Assembly (NCBI GenBank): GCA_963733035.1
Contig: CAVTBU010000002.1
Location: 27,273 to 91,272, forward strand
Origin: Pirellulales bacterium
Lineage (GTDB): Bacteria > Planctomycetota > Planctomycetia > Pirellulales > PALSA-1355
DNA length: 64,000 nt
Direction: 5' to 3'
The translations under genes were made by a program, and so were the position numbers. Each line of letters opens with the position of its first letter. Position 1 is the first letter of the stretch. The notes under the pieces are model-generated. The model saw nothing but the letters and a program-made list of their open reading frames with translations, searched no databases and was not told where the DNA came from. Below are positions 10,218-20,130 of the stretch, in pieces.

Positions 10218-10578
10218 GGCCGTTAGGCCTGCGACGTGCTTTGGCGGGTTGCGGCCGGTGTGGCGGTCCCCAATCAGGTGACGGCCAATGTACTGGTTCG
10301 CAATCGCATAGTACGCGCTTTCCCGAATCCAAACTGCACTCGAATCTCGCGGTTCCGCCAGCCAATCAAATTCACGAGATTCCGCAAGCTGGGTGACCCG
10401 GCCGAAGCAGCGGGCTTCACTCGCGCGCGTTCAGCATCCGCAAGGTCGCCCTCGCATCGCCAGCACGGATGCGGCAACTTTGTTTCCTGCCTTCCCGTCT
10501 GCTAAACTCGGAAAAGAGGTCTCGTCGGCGACCGGCCGGTCTCCCCATGTCACACACCCGATACAACGTAGACGAGCG

Positions 10579-12144
10579 ATGTCGACCGAGGCGGAGCTAT
10601 TGCAAACGGCGGCCCATTTGCACCAGGCGGGGCAATTGTCGCAGGCCGAGCAAATCTATCGCCAGATCCTCCACACCCATCCTTGGCAATCCGACGCGCT
10701 GCACCTGCTGGGCCTGGTAGCCCTGCAAAGGGGCCGGCCCAAGTCCGCCATCGAATACCTATCTGCCGCGCTGGTCCCCCAGCCGGCACATCCCAATTAC
10801 TACAACAGTCTCGGCAGTGCTTTGCGGGCTATCGGCCGCCTGTCCGAGGCGCAAATCTGTTTCGAGCGGGCGGTTGGGCTATCGCCGGACCACGCTTTGG
10901 CACACGACAACCTCGCCCGCGTGCTGCGATCACAAAACAAGCCGGAGGAAAGTCTCGCCGGGTTGCAAGCGACGTTGGCCCGCGAACCCGATTGCGTCGA
11001 GGCGCTTTCGCAACTCGGCGTCGCGCTCGCGTCGCTCGAGCGATTTGACGAAGGAATCGAGCTACTGGAAAAAGCCGTGCGGTTGGACGAGCAGTCGGCG
11101 CAAGCGTTCTCGAACCTGGGTGGCGCGTACGCGGCGTCCAAGAATTGGGACCGCGCGGCGCAATGCTTTCGAGAGGCCCTGCGGCGAAATCCCGAATTGG
11201 TCGACGCAAGCTGCCGTCTGGCCAGCGTGCTGCGGCACCAAGGAAAAACAGATGCGGCGGCGGCGACGCTCGAAGAAACGATCCACCTCCATCCGAATCA
11301 CGTCGAAACGCTGCTCAACTACGCCAGCCTGTTGGAAAGCCAGGGCCGCGCCGCGGAGTCTCTCGAATGGGCTCAACGAGCATTGCGCATGGAGCCCGGT
11401 TCCGCCCGCGCGCGTTTTGAGCGCGCCAAGGCCTTGCTGGGCTTGAAACGGTCCGACGAAGCACGGCGCGAATTTCGCGAGGCGATCCGCTATGTGCGAA
11501 TTAATTCGCAGACGCAGCCCAACCTGATGATGTTCTGTCTCAACGCCTCGCACGAGCGTAAGTGCCTCTTCGTGCACGTTCCCAAAAACGGGGGCACCAG
11601 CATCAAGCGAGCCCTCGACATGCCCGCTGGAGGTCATCTTCCCTGGACCGAATACGCCGCCCATTTTCCGTGGATTTGGCGGAACTACACGAGCTTTGCC
11701 GTGGTTCGCAACCCTTGGGATCGATTCGTGTCGGCCTATCATCACTCCAGGATGGAGTCGACTCCGTGGCACAACGAGCAAACCGGCAAATTGCACCCCG
11801 ACTATCTCTTGCTGCGGGACAAGTCCCTGGCCGAATGCGCGTTGATGCTGTGGCGTGAGCCCGACCGGCTGAAACACGAAGCGTGGCAGCCGCAATCCCT
11901 ATTCGTCGTCGATTCGGAGTCGCCCGACAAGCGAATCGTCGTGGACGCATTGCTACGCTTCGAGCACCTCGCTGAAGATTTTTCCGAGTTCTGCCGTAAG
12001 CTGGGCATTCAACAGGCGAACTTGCCGAAGGTAAATCCCTCCGTTCGGTCGCACGACTATCGAGCGTACTACGACGAGCAGACTAGACGAATCATCGAGC
12101 AGGTTTATCAGGTCGATATCCAACGATTCGGCTATTCCTTTTGA
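10579..12144 (+). CDS. TPR-repeat protein fused to a Sulfotransferase family 2 domain
   Basis: About 9 TPRs, then FVHVPKNGGTSI (5'-PSB loop), VVRNPWDRFVSAY (3'-PB motif), RFEHL and DIQRFGYSF. Confidence 0.9.
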   Translation: MSTEAELLQTAAHLHQAGQLSQAEQIYRQILHTHPWQSDALHLLGLVALQRGRPKSAIEYLSAALVPQPAHPNYYNSLGSALRAIGRLSEAQICFERAVGLSPDHALAHDNLARVLRSQNKPEESLAGLQATLAREPDCVEALSQLGVALASLERFDEGIELLEKAVRLDEQSAQAFSNLGGAYAASKNWDRAAQCFREALRRNPELVDASCRLASVLRHQGKTDAAAATLEETIHLHPNHVETLLNYASLLESQGRAAESLEWAQRALRMEPGSARARFERAKALLGLKRSDEARREFREAIRYVRINSQTQPNLMMFCLNASHERKCLFVHVPKNGGTSIKRALDMPAGGHLPWTEYAAHFPWIWRNYTSFAVVRNPWDRFVSAYHHSRMESTPWHNEQTGKLHPDYLLLRDKSLAECALMLWREPDRLKHEAWQPQSLFVVDSESPDKRIVVDALLRFEHLAEDFSEFCRKLGIQQANLPKVNPSVRSHDYRAYYDEQTRRIIEQVYQVDIQRFGYSF

Positions 12145-12346
12145 GCCTTCCCGGAAGGCCACGCGCGGAACGAGTCAACTGAGGCGAACGTGCATACGGA
12201 GCCGCGGCATGCTGCTATCCAGGTTCGAAAGGTGCAATCCCACGCGCCGGCGGGTTTGCGCGTGTTCCTACATTCCTTTTTGATGTACTCGACTTGGATT
12301 TGGTAGGCCACGCGTGACGGCGGCTTGCACGCCTAACCGAACCGGC

Positions 12347-13726
12347 TCACCGACCAGTCAGGATCTCGATGCCTTTCTCCAGGGCCGCATCACGGCCATC
12401 TTTTAAGTCCTTCTCCGGGAACACCCGTGCCTGCACATGTGGCGGAATGCCGGAGCCGTCGAATGCCTTGCCGTCTTTAGTAAGGAAGATTTCATTGGGC
12501 AGGGCGAATCGAAAACCGTTGGGCAATTGTCTAGCGAGCTCGTCGGAGAAAACGCCTTGCGTGTTCTCTCCCACTCGCGTCACTCGTGGAGTCCTTCCCA
12601 TCAGGGCCATCGTGAACGTTTCGCCCGCGCTCACCGTGTTGCTGCCCGTCAACAGCACGACGCTTCCATGAAAATGCGGCCTTGCGCTTGCTCGAACTTG
12701 CGTTTCTTGTAAGTCCGTGAAGTGACTTGCATCGGCCGGGTCATTGCGCGCTTTTTTGGCGAAGGCCAGGTAATCGTGGGTAGTGAGCCTCGCGGCAACA
12801 GCCACGCCGAGGACATCCGAACCGCCATAATTGATACGCACATCGATAACCAAGCCCTCGAGCTCCTGGGCATTGGTGAAGACTTCATCAAGCGCCTTTT
12901 CGAGCGTGAGAAGCTGATTCTCAAAACCACCTGGCGCATAGTCTCCGAAGCCCGTAATTCGCAGATAGCCGACTTTGCCGGGCAATTCGCCGTAGCCCAG
13001 TTGGCCGTTGCACCAAGTCTTGAGTTTATGGTGTGTATAGTTGTTCTCGATGATCTCCACGATTCTTCGATGTGTGGCATCATCGATTCGTTCCGTGTTT
13101 GCCCGTCTGCCGCGAAATCGCTGTCGCTCCGATGCATCCGAGATGTGAGTATGGGCGTCATGCAGCGGTTTAATCATTGCCTTGAGCACGCCGAACAACT
13201 CGTCTGAGGTCGAATCGCTCGTAATCTGGGCTCGATACTTGTCCCGGACTTCTCGCCAGTTAACGCCGTGCATCTCAAAGAAAGGATAATGCTCATCGAA
13301 TGTCGTCCAAAAGACGTCAAAGTTATTGAGCGGATCGTCAACGGTTGGTTTCGCGCAAACGGCCGGCGGTCCGTCGATTCGGCTGAAGCGAATGCTGGAA
13401 GCCTTACCCTGGGGCAGCATCAACTTGCGGTCGGCTGAATCACCCGGCTTGACCGAAACAACAACGTCTGGGCCTGAGGAGAAAACCGCCTCGGCGCCTT
13501 CCAACGTCATTACTTGCCGCTTGGCGGCAAAAGATGGCACGCAGCTGATCGCGGTCGTCTCCGACACGTCAATCTCGTCCCCGCTGATATGCAGCAAAAG
13601 ACCGTAGCCCTCAGAAACCCACCAGCCGTCGAGCGAATCGGCGGCCGCGGCGATCGGAAATCCGCCGACGAGCGAGCTGAGCAGGATACAGGCGATGACC
13701 GCTCGAAACCATTGAAGGGGTGACAT
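12347..13726 (-). CDS. S41 family peptidase (tricorn-like C1 domain plus catalytic domain), secreted
   Basis: Signal peptide; FDVFWTTFDEHYPFF, LHDAH, IDVRINYGG, TVSAGE (catalytic Ser) and GENTQG motifs. Confidence 0.9.
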   Translation of the reverse strand: MSPLQWFRAVIACILLSSLVGGFPIAAAADSLDGWWVSEGYGLLLHISGDEIDVSETTAISCVPSFAAKRQVMTLEGAEAVFSSGPDVVVSVKPGDSADRKLMLPQGKASSIRFSRIDGPPAVCAKPTVDDPLNNFDVFWTTFDEHYPFFEMHGVNWREVRDKYRAQITSDSTSDELFGVLKAMIKPLHDAHTHISDASERQRFRGRRANTERIDDATHRRIVEIIENNYTHHKLKTWCNGQLGYGELPGKVGYLRITGFGDYAPGGFENQLLTLEKALDEVFTNAQELEGLVIDVRINYGGSDVLGVAVAARLTTHDYLAFAKKARNDPADASHFTDLQETQVRASARPHFHGSVVLLTGSNTVSAGETFTMALMGRTPRVTRVGENTQGVFSDELARQLPNGFRFALPNEIFLTKDGKAFDGSGIPPHVQARVFPEKDLKDGRDAALEKGIEILTGR

Positions 13727-13970
13727 TGGGAGGTTCTCGGCAGTGGGAGAGGCGTGGAGCTTTACGCGCGGCAGATTTGGCGGGGAAGCTATGGAATGTG
13801 CGATCGCACCGGAAACGTCACAGCCGAACCCAGCTGGCCGCTTTCGGTACCTAGGTTCACTGAGTATCATTCGGCAGCGACGGTAGATTATTGGCCGTCG
13901 CCTGATTTCTCGTAGAGATTCATACGCCACATGTTGCCGCGCTCCGTCGACCGCCTCGTACGGCCTGGGG

Positions 13971-15011
13971 CTACGGCAAAAACCTCACTTGTCGCAACCG
14001 CTTGCAGCCGCGTAGTACGAGCGCGATGAGAGTCACGAACGGCCGCGCGACCCGCGCGTCGCGAATCGCGTCATCCCTCACGTTTTTGCTGTTTACTGGC
14101 CGTCGCATTCGCCTGGTCCGACTGGCTGTGCGCTGCCGGTCCAGCTCCATGGTTAGCGCGGTTAACCCTGCCATGCCCCCCAGTTGCATGGACTCCACCG
14201 CGGTGCTGGGAACAACAACGATCGTGGCATTCTGCTTGAGCCCCTCGTACAGCATGTTCATGGCGCGCAGGTGGAAAGCCGTCGGATTGTCCGCGTAAGA
14301 GTTGGCGGCCTCTTTAAATTTCTCGGCGATCTGTCGTTCGGAATCGCCCAGGGTAACCCTGGCCTGGCGTTCGCGTTCGGCTTGTGCTTGCATGGACATA
14401 GCATCCTCCAAGCCCGGAGGTATCAGCACATCCTTCACCTCGACCGAAATCACGTTGATCCCCCACGGTTCGGTACGCTCATCGATGATCTTTTGAAGTT
14501 CGCCACTGATCTTTTCCCGCCCTTCGAGCATGTCGGATAGCATTGTTTTGCCAATCACGTCGCGCAGAGCCGTTTGCGAGGCCCAACTGATTGCGCTCCG
14601 ATAGTCGGCGACGTCCAGTGCCGCTTTCTTCGCGTCGATGACCTTCCAAAAAAGCACGGCATCCACGTCCACCGGAACCGTGTCCTTGGTGAGCGTCTTC
14701 TCGGCGTGGAATGCGGTCGTGATCACGCGAAGATCAATCCAGTAGGGGATCGTCTCAACGACCGGAATGATAAGAAAGAGTCCGGGCCCTTCAAGACTTC
14801 GGAACTGTCCAAGGCGCAAGACGACCGCCTTTTCCCATTGGTCCGCCACACGGATGGCGGAAGAGACAATGATCGCGGTCAGCAGAGCGCAGCCCCCGAT
14901 CCAAGCGCTGCCCACATAAGCGTGATTGGCAAAGGCGACGTATGCCAACCCCAGGCCAGCGCCAAGGATGATAAGGAAGATCAACGCCGGAAACGCGCTG
15001 GATGTTCGCAT
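13971..15011 (-). CDS. SPFH/band 7 (stomatin/slipin) family membrane protein
   Basis: Two TM helices; VVLRLG...GPGL, TLTKDTVPVDVDAV, SQTALRDVIG and AQAERERQA motifs. Confidence 0.9.
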   Translation of the reverse strand: MRTSSAFPALIFLIILGAGLGLAYVAFANHAYVGSAWIGGCALLTAIIVSSAIRVADQWEKAVVLRLGQFRSLEGPGLFLIIPVVETIPYWIDLRVITTAFHAEKTLTKDTVPVDVDAVLFWKVIDAKKAALDVADYRSAISWASQTALRDVIGKTMLSDMLEGREKISGELQKIIDERTEPWGINVISVEVKDVLIPPGLEDAMSMQAQAERERQARVTLGDSERQIAEKFKEAANSYADNPTAFHLRAMNMLYEGLKQNATIVVVPSTAVESMQLGGMAGLTALTMELDRQRTASRTRRMRRPVNSKNVRDDAIRDARVARPFVTLIALVLRGCKRLRQVRFLP

Positions 15012-15542
15012 CGTATTGCCCTCCAAAAGTTTGTCGATCTACAACCTTCCGCCACCTCTTCCGGCAAAACGCTGGTTGAATTCTTGTCCTCGCGACACGA
15101 CTGATTGAGCAAGAGCAACTAGCAATTCCCCAATCGCCAGTCTATCGTCTGAAACGGTCAAAATCTCAGGACACACGATCAACCGGGACTGCGATCGAGC
15201 ACGTTCCCCAGGCTTGCGGAATGCAACGCGGCACGAGTTCGATCGACGACAGCGCCAAAAGACCCAGTGGCGCCCGCGCAATCATTTGACGCGGAACCAC
15301 GCTTACCGAAACGCTTGAGTTTAACCGTCGATTGGCTCGTGATCCGCGTCCGCCCGAGCTAAATGCCGAGATGAGCAACCCAAACGAAACACGACCGCAA
15401 ACGCAGCGATACGTTCGCGGGCGAGCGAGTTGGCGTTCGGTCCCCAGACCGACCCGCGGAGTTCGTTCTTTCGGTACTTCGGTAGCGCTGGCACCCGAAT
15501 TCGCGCGGGAAACCGGCAACCCCACGTCGTTTCCTGCCTCGC

Positions 15543-16817
15543 CTACCGTGCCGCCGTCGACGTCTGCCGGCGGCGCCGGCGGGCGACGAAGGCCAACACG
15601 ATTAGACCGCCGCCGGCCAGGACGACGGTCGCAGGCTCGGGTACCGCGGCGGGGTTTACGCCCAACACTGCGGGCGACATGCTGTTGGTGGTGAACGCAA
15701 TCGTGTGGTTAATCGTGTCTACCGTTCCGCCCCATTCCCAATCGCCGGCGCCACCGTTCAGCGTGCTGTTGTAGTGCCAGATGACCAGGTCGTTCGGATC
15801 GAAATTTGCCGGAAGCAAACTGGGATCGTAGTTGAACACCAAGGTCACATCGCCACTGAGCGTGCCGTCGTGTTCGAGATTCCAGATCTGTGGCGCACCA
15901 ATTTCGGTGGTGGACGTCGATAGAGCAAAGACGGGCACGTTTTGGGCCGCCGTTACAGCGGCTTGCGTCAGGCTGGTGATTCCTGGCAGTTGTTGGACCG
16001 AGACCTCCGTGACCGTCGAAGCCGGGTCCAATTCGACTGACACACCGCCGGTCGTACTCGATCCTCCCAATACGTCAGCCACGTTGACGATTTGATTGCC
16101 GACCTGGGTTGGCACGACCGGCGCGATGTTGGACGACGGACCCGACAGGGCGAAATGTGCGGTGGCCGCAACGTTGGCCGTGAAGACCATGGAACTCGTG
16201 AACGTGTAAGCGCCATCGAGAGTCAGAGACCAATCGCCTGTCGCGCTGTTTCCTGTCAGGTGCCAAACGGATCCGGGGTCCATTACGACCTGGTCGGAAC
16301 CGGCATAGTCATGGGTACTCTGACCGACAACGTCGAGTTGAGCGCTATTCACATAGAAGTAGCTTTGAGTTCCGTCGAAATCTCCGTTCGAGCCGGATAT
16401 CGAGGTGTTGGGCGCGTTGTAGTAGTTCCAAACTATGTTTCGCCAGGCATAAGCCGTACCCCCGTCAACGCCGGCGAAGTTGGCCGGTGCCGGGGCGTTC
16501 GGGTCCGCGGATAGACCATCTCCCGGCGTGGCAGTCGAGGTGCGCGAATCGAGTTGAAAATAGCCGTTGTCGGTAGGAAACGAGAGACTCGTGGGAATAT
16601 CGGTCGACGGGTCAAAGTTGACCACGAAATTCCCGCTAACGCCGGCCGTTAGGCTACCGGGCGACTGGGGCGTCGTTCCGCCCAGCAAGTCGAGCGTGCT
16701 CGACGGTTGAATCGTGAAAACGACACTGTGATCGTCGCCAGCAGCTTGACGTGCCAACACAAAAACTAACACCGTCGACAGGGCGGTGCCAAATGCAACC
16801 AGCCGCGCATGGTTCAT
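15543..16817 (-). CDS. PEP-CTERM sorting domain surface protein
   Basis: Signal peptide, Ser/Thr/Gly/Asp-rich body, C-terminal VPEPAT, TM helix and RRRRR. GGAGG RBS. Confidence 0.9.
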   Translation of the reverse strand: MNHARLVAFGTALSTVLVFVLARQAAGDDHSVVFTIQPSSTLDLLGGTTPQSPGSLTAGVSGNFVVNFDPSTDIPTSLSFPTDNGYFQLDSRTSTATPGDGLSADPNAPAPANFAGVDGGTAYAWRNIVWNYYNAPNTSISGSNGDFDGTQSYFYVNSAQLDVVGQSTHDYAGSDQVVMDPGSVWHLTGNSATGDWSLTLDGAYTFTSSMVFTANVAATAHFALSGPSSNIAPVVPTQVGNQIVNVADVLGGSSTTGGVSVELDPASTVTEVSVQQLPGITSLTQAAVTAAQNVPVFALSTSTTEIGAPQIWNLEHDGTLSGDVTLVFNYDPSLLPANFDPNDLVIWHYNSTLNGGAGDWEWGGTVDTINHTIAFTTNSMSPAVLGVNPAAVPEPATVVLAGGGLIVLAFVARRRRRQTSTAAR

Positions 16818-17184
16818 TGGGGGCCTCCAAGGAGAAGAGCAAGACAAATGGTTCGTTCCTCGTGACGAGGAAAAATATCGAGCCGGCTCTTACACCATGC
16901 AGCGTCACCCCCTAGGTTGGTAGAGCGTATGGTACCATCCGCACCGGAATTGTAAACCAATTTTCGCGAAGGATCCCGGCCGCCGATCTTTCACCGAGCC
17001 CGAAAGAACCCGCTGCCCCGCCCGCTCACGCACGCGGCATCGGGCAGCACACGTCGAGATTGATTGAACTCGGACCATTGCCCAGTTAAGCTGCCCCTGG
17101 GCGGTCTGGGGGAAACCTGGCAAATCGTTTGAGGCCCCAAGCGCGCTGCACTTCTGCACTTACGATCTAGGGCGGGCACTTCTC

Positions 17185-19347
17185 ATGCGACGTTCATTTG
17201 TGGCACACGCTTCACGATTGGTTCGATCACTGCTTCTGTTGGCGTCAATCGCCGCGTCTGCCACGGCGGATCAACATCCGCTGGCCGCGCAGGTAACCAT
17301 TCGACGCACGCAGTATGGCGTGCCGCACATTCAGGCCGACTCGCTCGAGGCGGTGGCGTTCGGTCTTGGTTATTGCCAGGCGGAGGATCACTTGCCCAAC
17401 ATCATGCGGGGAATCGTCGGCGTAAGAAGTCAACTCGCGGCGACCTTCGGCCCCGATGCCGAAAAACCGGGCGACGGCAAGAACCTCGCCGCCGATCTGT
17501 TCAATCGCCAGTTTCGCGTTTATCGCCGCGCCGTCGATTCCTATCACAAACTCGACCCCGACTATCGTGCCATGTGCGAGGGTTTTGCAGCGGGATTGAA
17601 CTACTATGTCGCGCTGCATCGCGACAGCGCCCCCGAACGGGCGCCGACCGTCACGGGACATGACGTCGTGGCCTACGGCCTGGCAGGCGTGATGCGGTTC
17701 GCTTTCAATCGCGGCAAAATCATCGAGGAGTTTCTCAAGCAACAGGGCGCCGACACCGCTTCAATTCCCAACGATTCACTTGCCGCTGAAGTGGGCTCGA
17801 ACATGTGGGCGCTTAGTCCCAGCCGCAGCCGGTCCGGCCGCGCCATCCTGATGGGCAATCCGCATCAACCATGGGCCCCCGTGTCGACCTACTACGAAGC
17901 CCATCTCATTGTGCCGGGCCAGTTGAACTTCTATGGTTCCACGTTTATCGGCCGGCCGGTGCTGACTACGGGCTGGAATGAACACCTCGGCTGGTCGCAC
18001 ACGGTGAACTACCCCGATCTCGAGGAAATTTATGAGTTAGAGCTGGACCCTGCGAAGCCAGACCACTACCGCTTCGACGGCGATGCGATACCGCTCGAGA
18101 AGGACGACGTGCAGGTCGGGGTTCTAAACGGGGACCAAAAATCAGTCGTGGCCCGCACGTTTTGGCACACGCCCTTGGGGCCGGTCATACACCGCACTCC
18201 GAACAAAGTCTACATTTTGCGGAGTGCCTGTTGGGAGAATTATCGCGCGTATGAGCAGTGGTTGAAGATGACTCAGGCGCAAAGCTATGCCGAGTTTCGC
18301 CGGACGCTGGAAATGAACCAATTGCCGATGTTCAACATCTGCTATGCGGATCGGGCTGGAAATATTTTCTACCTCTGGAACGGCACCGTTCCGAAGCTGC
18401 CGCATGGCGCGCACAAAGCCGAAGCGGTCCCAGCCAGTCGCACATCCGACATCTGGACCGAGTTCCTCGCGACCGACGAGCTGCCACAATTGTTCAACCC
18501 GCCGGGCGGATATGTGCAGAATTGCAATTCACCGCCGTACTTTACGAACCTCCGTGCCCCGCTCGACCCCGCGAAGTTCCCACCGTACTTTCCGGCGAAC
18601 AACGTCAGCCTTCGCAGCCAGCACAGCCTGCGCTTGGTTGACGGCGATCAAAAGTTCACGCTGGAGGAGGTGCGCGACCGCAAACATAGCCCCGGCATGC
18701 TGTTGGCAGAGCGTGTGAAAGGCGATCTGATCGGAGCCCTGCGAGAAATGCCGCCCACGTCGGAAATCGAAGTGGCGATCGCGGCGTTGGAAGCCTGGGA
18801 CAACACCGTGGCGGCCGACAGCCGCGGCGGTACGTTGTTCAACGCCTGGTGGGACCGCTACTCGGATGCGGACGGCAAGTACGCTGTGGAATGGTCGGCC
18901 GACGAACCGACATCCACTCCCCGCGGATTGGCCGATCCCCAGCTCGCCCGCCGAACGTTCCTCGCCGCGCTCGCCGACGTGCAACAACTTTACGGACGAT
19001 CGGACGTCAGCTGGGGCGAGTCGCATCGCATTCGCAAGCAAGGCGTCGATCTGCCGGTCAGCGGGGGCTCTGGGCTGTTGGGGTGCTTCCGCGTGCTCGG
19101 TTTCCGCCCAGCCGAGGATGGCAAGCAAGTGGCCAATGGCGGCGACAGTTGGGTCTTCGCCGTGGAATTCAGCGAACCGCCTCGCGCCTACACGGTGGTG
19201 GCCTACAGCGAAAGCGAGATCGCCGGATCTCCATACTACGCCGATCAATCGCCCCTTTTTTCGGCAAGTCAAATGAAGCGGGCCGCGTTCACCGATGCGG
19301 AAATTCAGGCCCAACTGCTCAAGACCTACCATCCCGGCGAAGAGTAG
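17185..19347 (+). CDS. Penicillin acylase family Ntn-hydrolase (AHL/cephalosporin acylase-like)
   Basis: IRRTQYGVPHI, GYCQAED, beta-subunit start GSNMWAL, NPHQPW, HTVN and QNCN motifs; signal peptide. Confidence 0.92.
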   Translation: MRRSFVAHASRLVRSLLLLASIAASATADQHPLAAQVTIRRTQYGVPHIQADSLEAVAFGLGYCQAEDHLPNIMRGIVGVRSQLAATFGPDAEKPGDGKNLAADLFNRQFRVYRRAVDSYHKLDPDYRAMCEGFAAGLNYYVALHRDSAPERAPTVTGHDVVAYGLAGVMRFAFNRGKIIEEFLKQQGADTASIPNDSLAAEVGSNMWALSPSRSRSGRAILMGNPHQPWAPVSTYYEAHLIVPGQLNFYGSTFIGRPVLTTGWNEHLGWSHTVNYPDLEEIYELELDPAKPDHYRFDGDAIPLEKDDVQVGVLNGDQKSVVARTFWHTPLGPVIHRTPNKVYILRSACWENYRAYEQWLKMTQAQSYAEFRRTLEMNQLPMFNICYADRAGNIFYLWNGTVPKLPHGAHKAEAVPASRTSDIWTEFLATDELPQLFNPPGGYVQNCNSPPYFTNLRAPLDPAKFPPYFPANNVSLRSQHSLRLVDGDQKFTLEEVRDRKHSPGMLLAERVKGDLIGALREMPPTSEIEVAIAALEAWDNTVAADSRGGTLFNAWWDRYSDADGKYAVEWSADEPTSTPRGLADPQLARRTFLAALADVQQLYGRSDVSWGESHRIRKQGVDLPVSGGSGLLGCFRVLGFRPAEDGKQVANGGDSWVFAVEFSEPPRAYTVVAYSESEIAGSPYYADQSPLFSASQMKRAAFTDAEIQAQLLKTYHPGEE

Positions 19348-19371
19348 TTTGCCGGTGGATTCGATTCCGCG

Positions 19372-19986
19372 TTAACGAGTGGCCGCTCCCAGGTAGTGCT
19401 CGGCGGCGACGGCGAGCGTGCCGGGCATTTGAAATCGCTCGAGCCGATTGATTTCCAACCCCGACGAGGTGACAAGCTGGTCGATGGCGCGATTCAGGTT
19501 GCAGCCGCAGCCAATGACGCGTTGCACGCCGTTCCAACGGTCCTGACGGCGGGAGATTCGCTCGTCGTTGCTACGGCCGTGTTCGAGAAACAATAGCTTC
19601 CCGCCCGGCTTGAGTACCCGGCGCACCTCGGATAAGGCGGCGTCCACATCGGGAATTGTGCATAGCGTCCAGGTGGAAACGACGGTGTCGAAACGCTCCA
19701 TCTCGAACGGCAGGCGTTCGGCGTCAAGAAACGCCCGCTCGACCGGCATGTGGGCCGCGGCAATGCGCCTATCGACGCGGCGCTGGAGGTGCCGGGCCGG
19801 GTCGATGACCGTTAGCTGTTTGACCGCGTCCGGGTAGTAGCTCAGATTAAGTCCCGTACCGAAGCCGATCTCCAGGACGTCGCCCTGCGCATCGGCCAGC
19901 GCGCGGCCACGATATTCCATTGGGCGGCGACCGCCCAGAGCCAGTTCGAGCAGATGCGGAAAGATGAAGTCGCTGTAAATCCCCAC
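19372..19986 (-). CDS. Class I SAM-dependent methyltransferase
   Basis: VLEIGFGTG motif I, FDTVVSTWTLCTIPD, LKPGGKLLFLEHG and GCNLNR motifs; GTG start inferred. Confidence 0.9.
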   Translation of the reverse strand: MGIYSDFIFPHLLELALGGRRPMEYRGRALADAQGDVLEIGFGTGLNLSYYPDAVKQLTVIDPARHLQRRVDRRIAAAHMPVERAFLDAERLPFEMERFDTVVSTWTLCTIPDVDAALSEVRRVLKPGGKLLFLEHGRSNDERISRRQDRWNGVQRVIGCGCNLNRAIDQLVTSSGLEINRLERFQMPGTLAVAAEHYLGAATR

Positions 19987-20130
19987 GACAGGTTCTCGAC
20001 GCAGCACGGGCGAACGTTCATCAGCAGGCAAATGCCATCGTAAAGCACCATGACGAGCGAAACAAGCGAGCGTGGAACGCCGGCGTTGGACCGTCGCATG
20101 CGCATCCAAGCCTCCTTGCTGCAGCCGGCG

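Noticed and set aside
14090..14105. ACTGGCCGTCG match to the M13/lacZ primer site
   Set aside because: Only about 11 nt, inside the SPFH ORF, with no adjacent vector sequence; a chance match.
9811..15500. Intact prophage or ICE at the tRNA
   Set aside because: No integrase, phage or conjugation genes, and no att duplication seen in the window.
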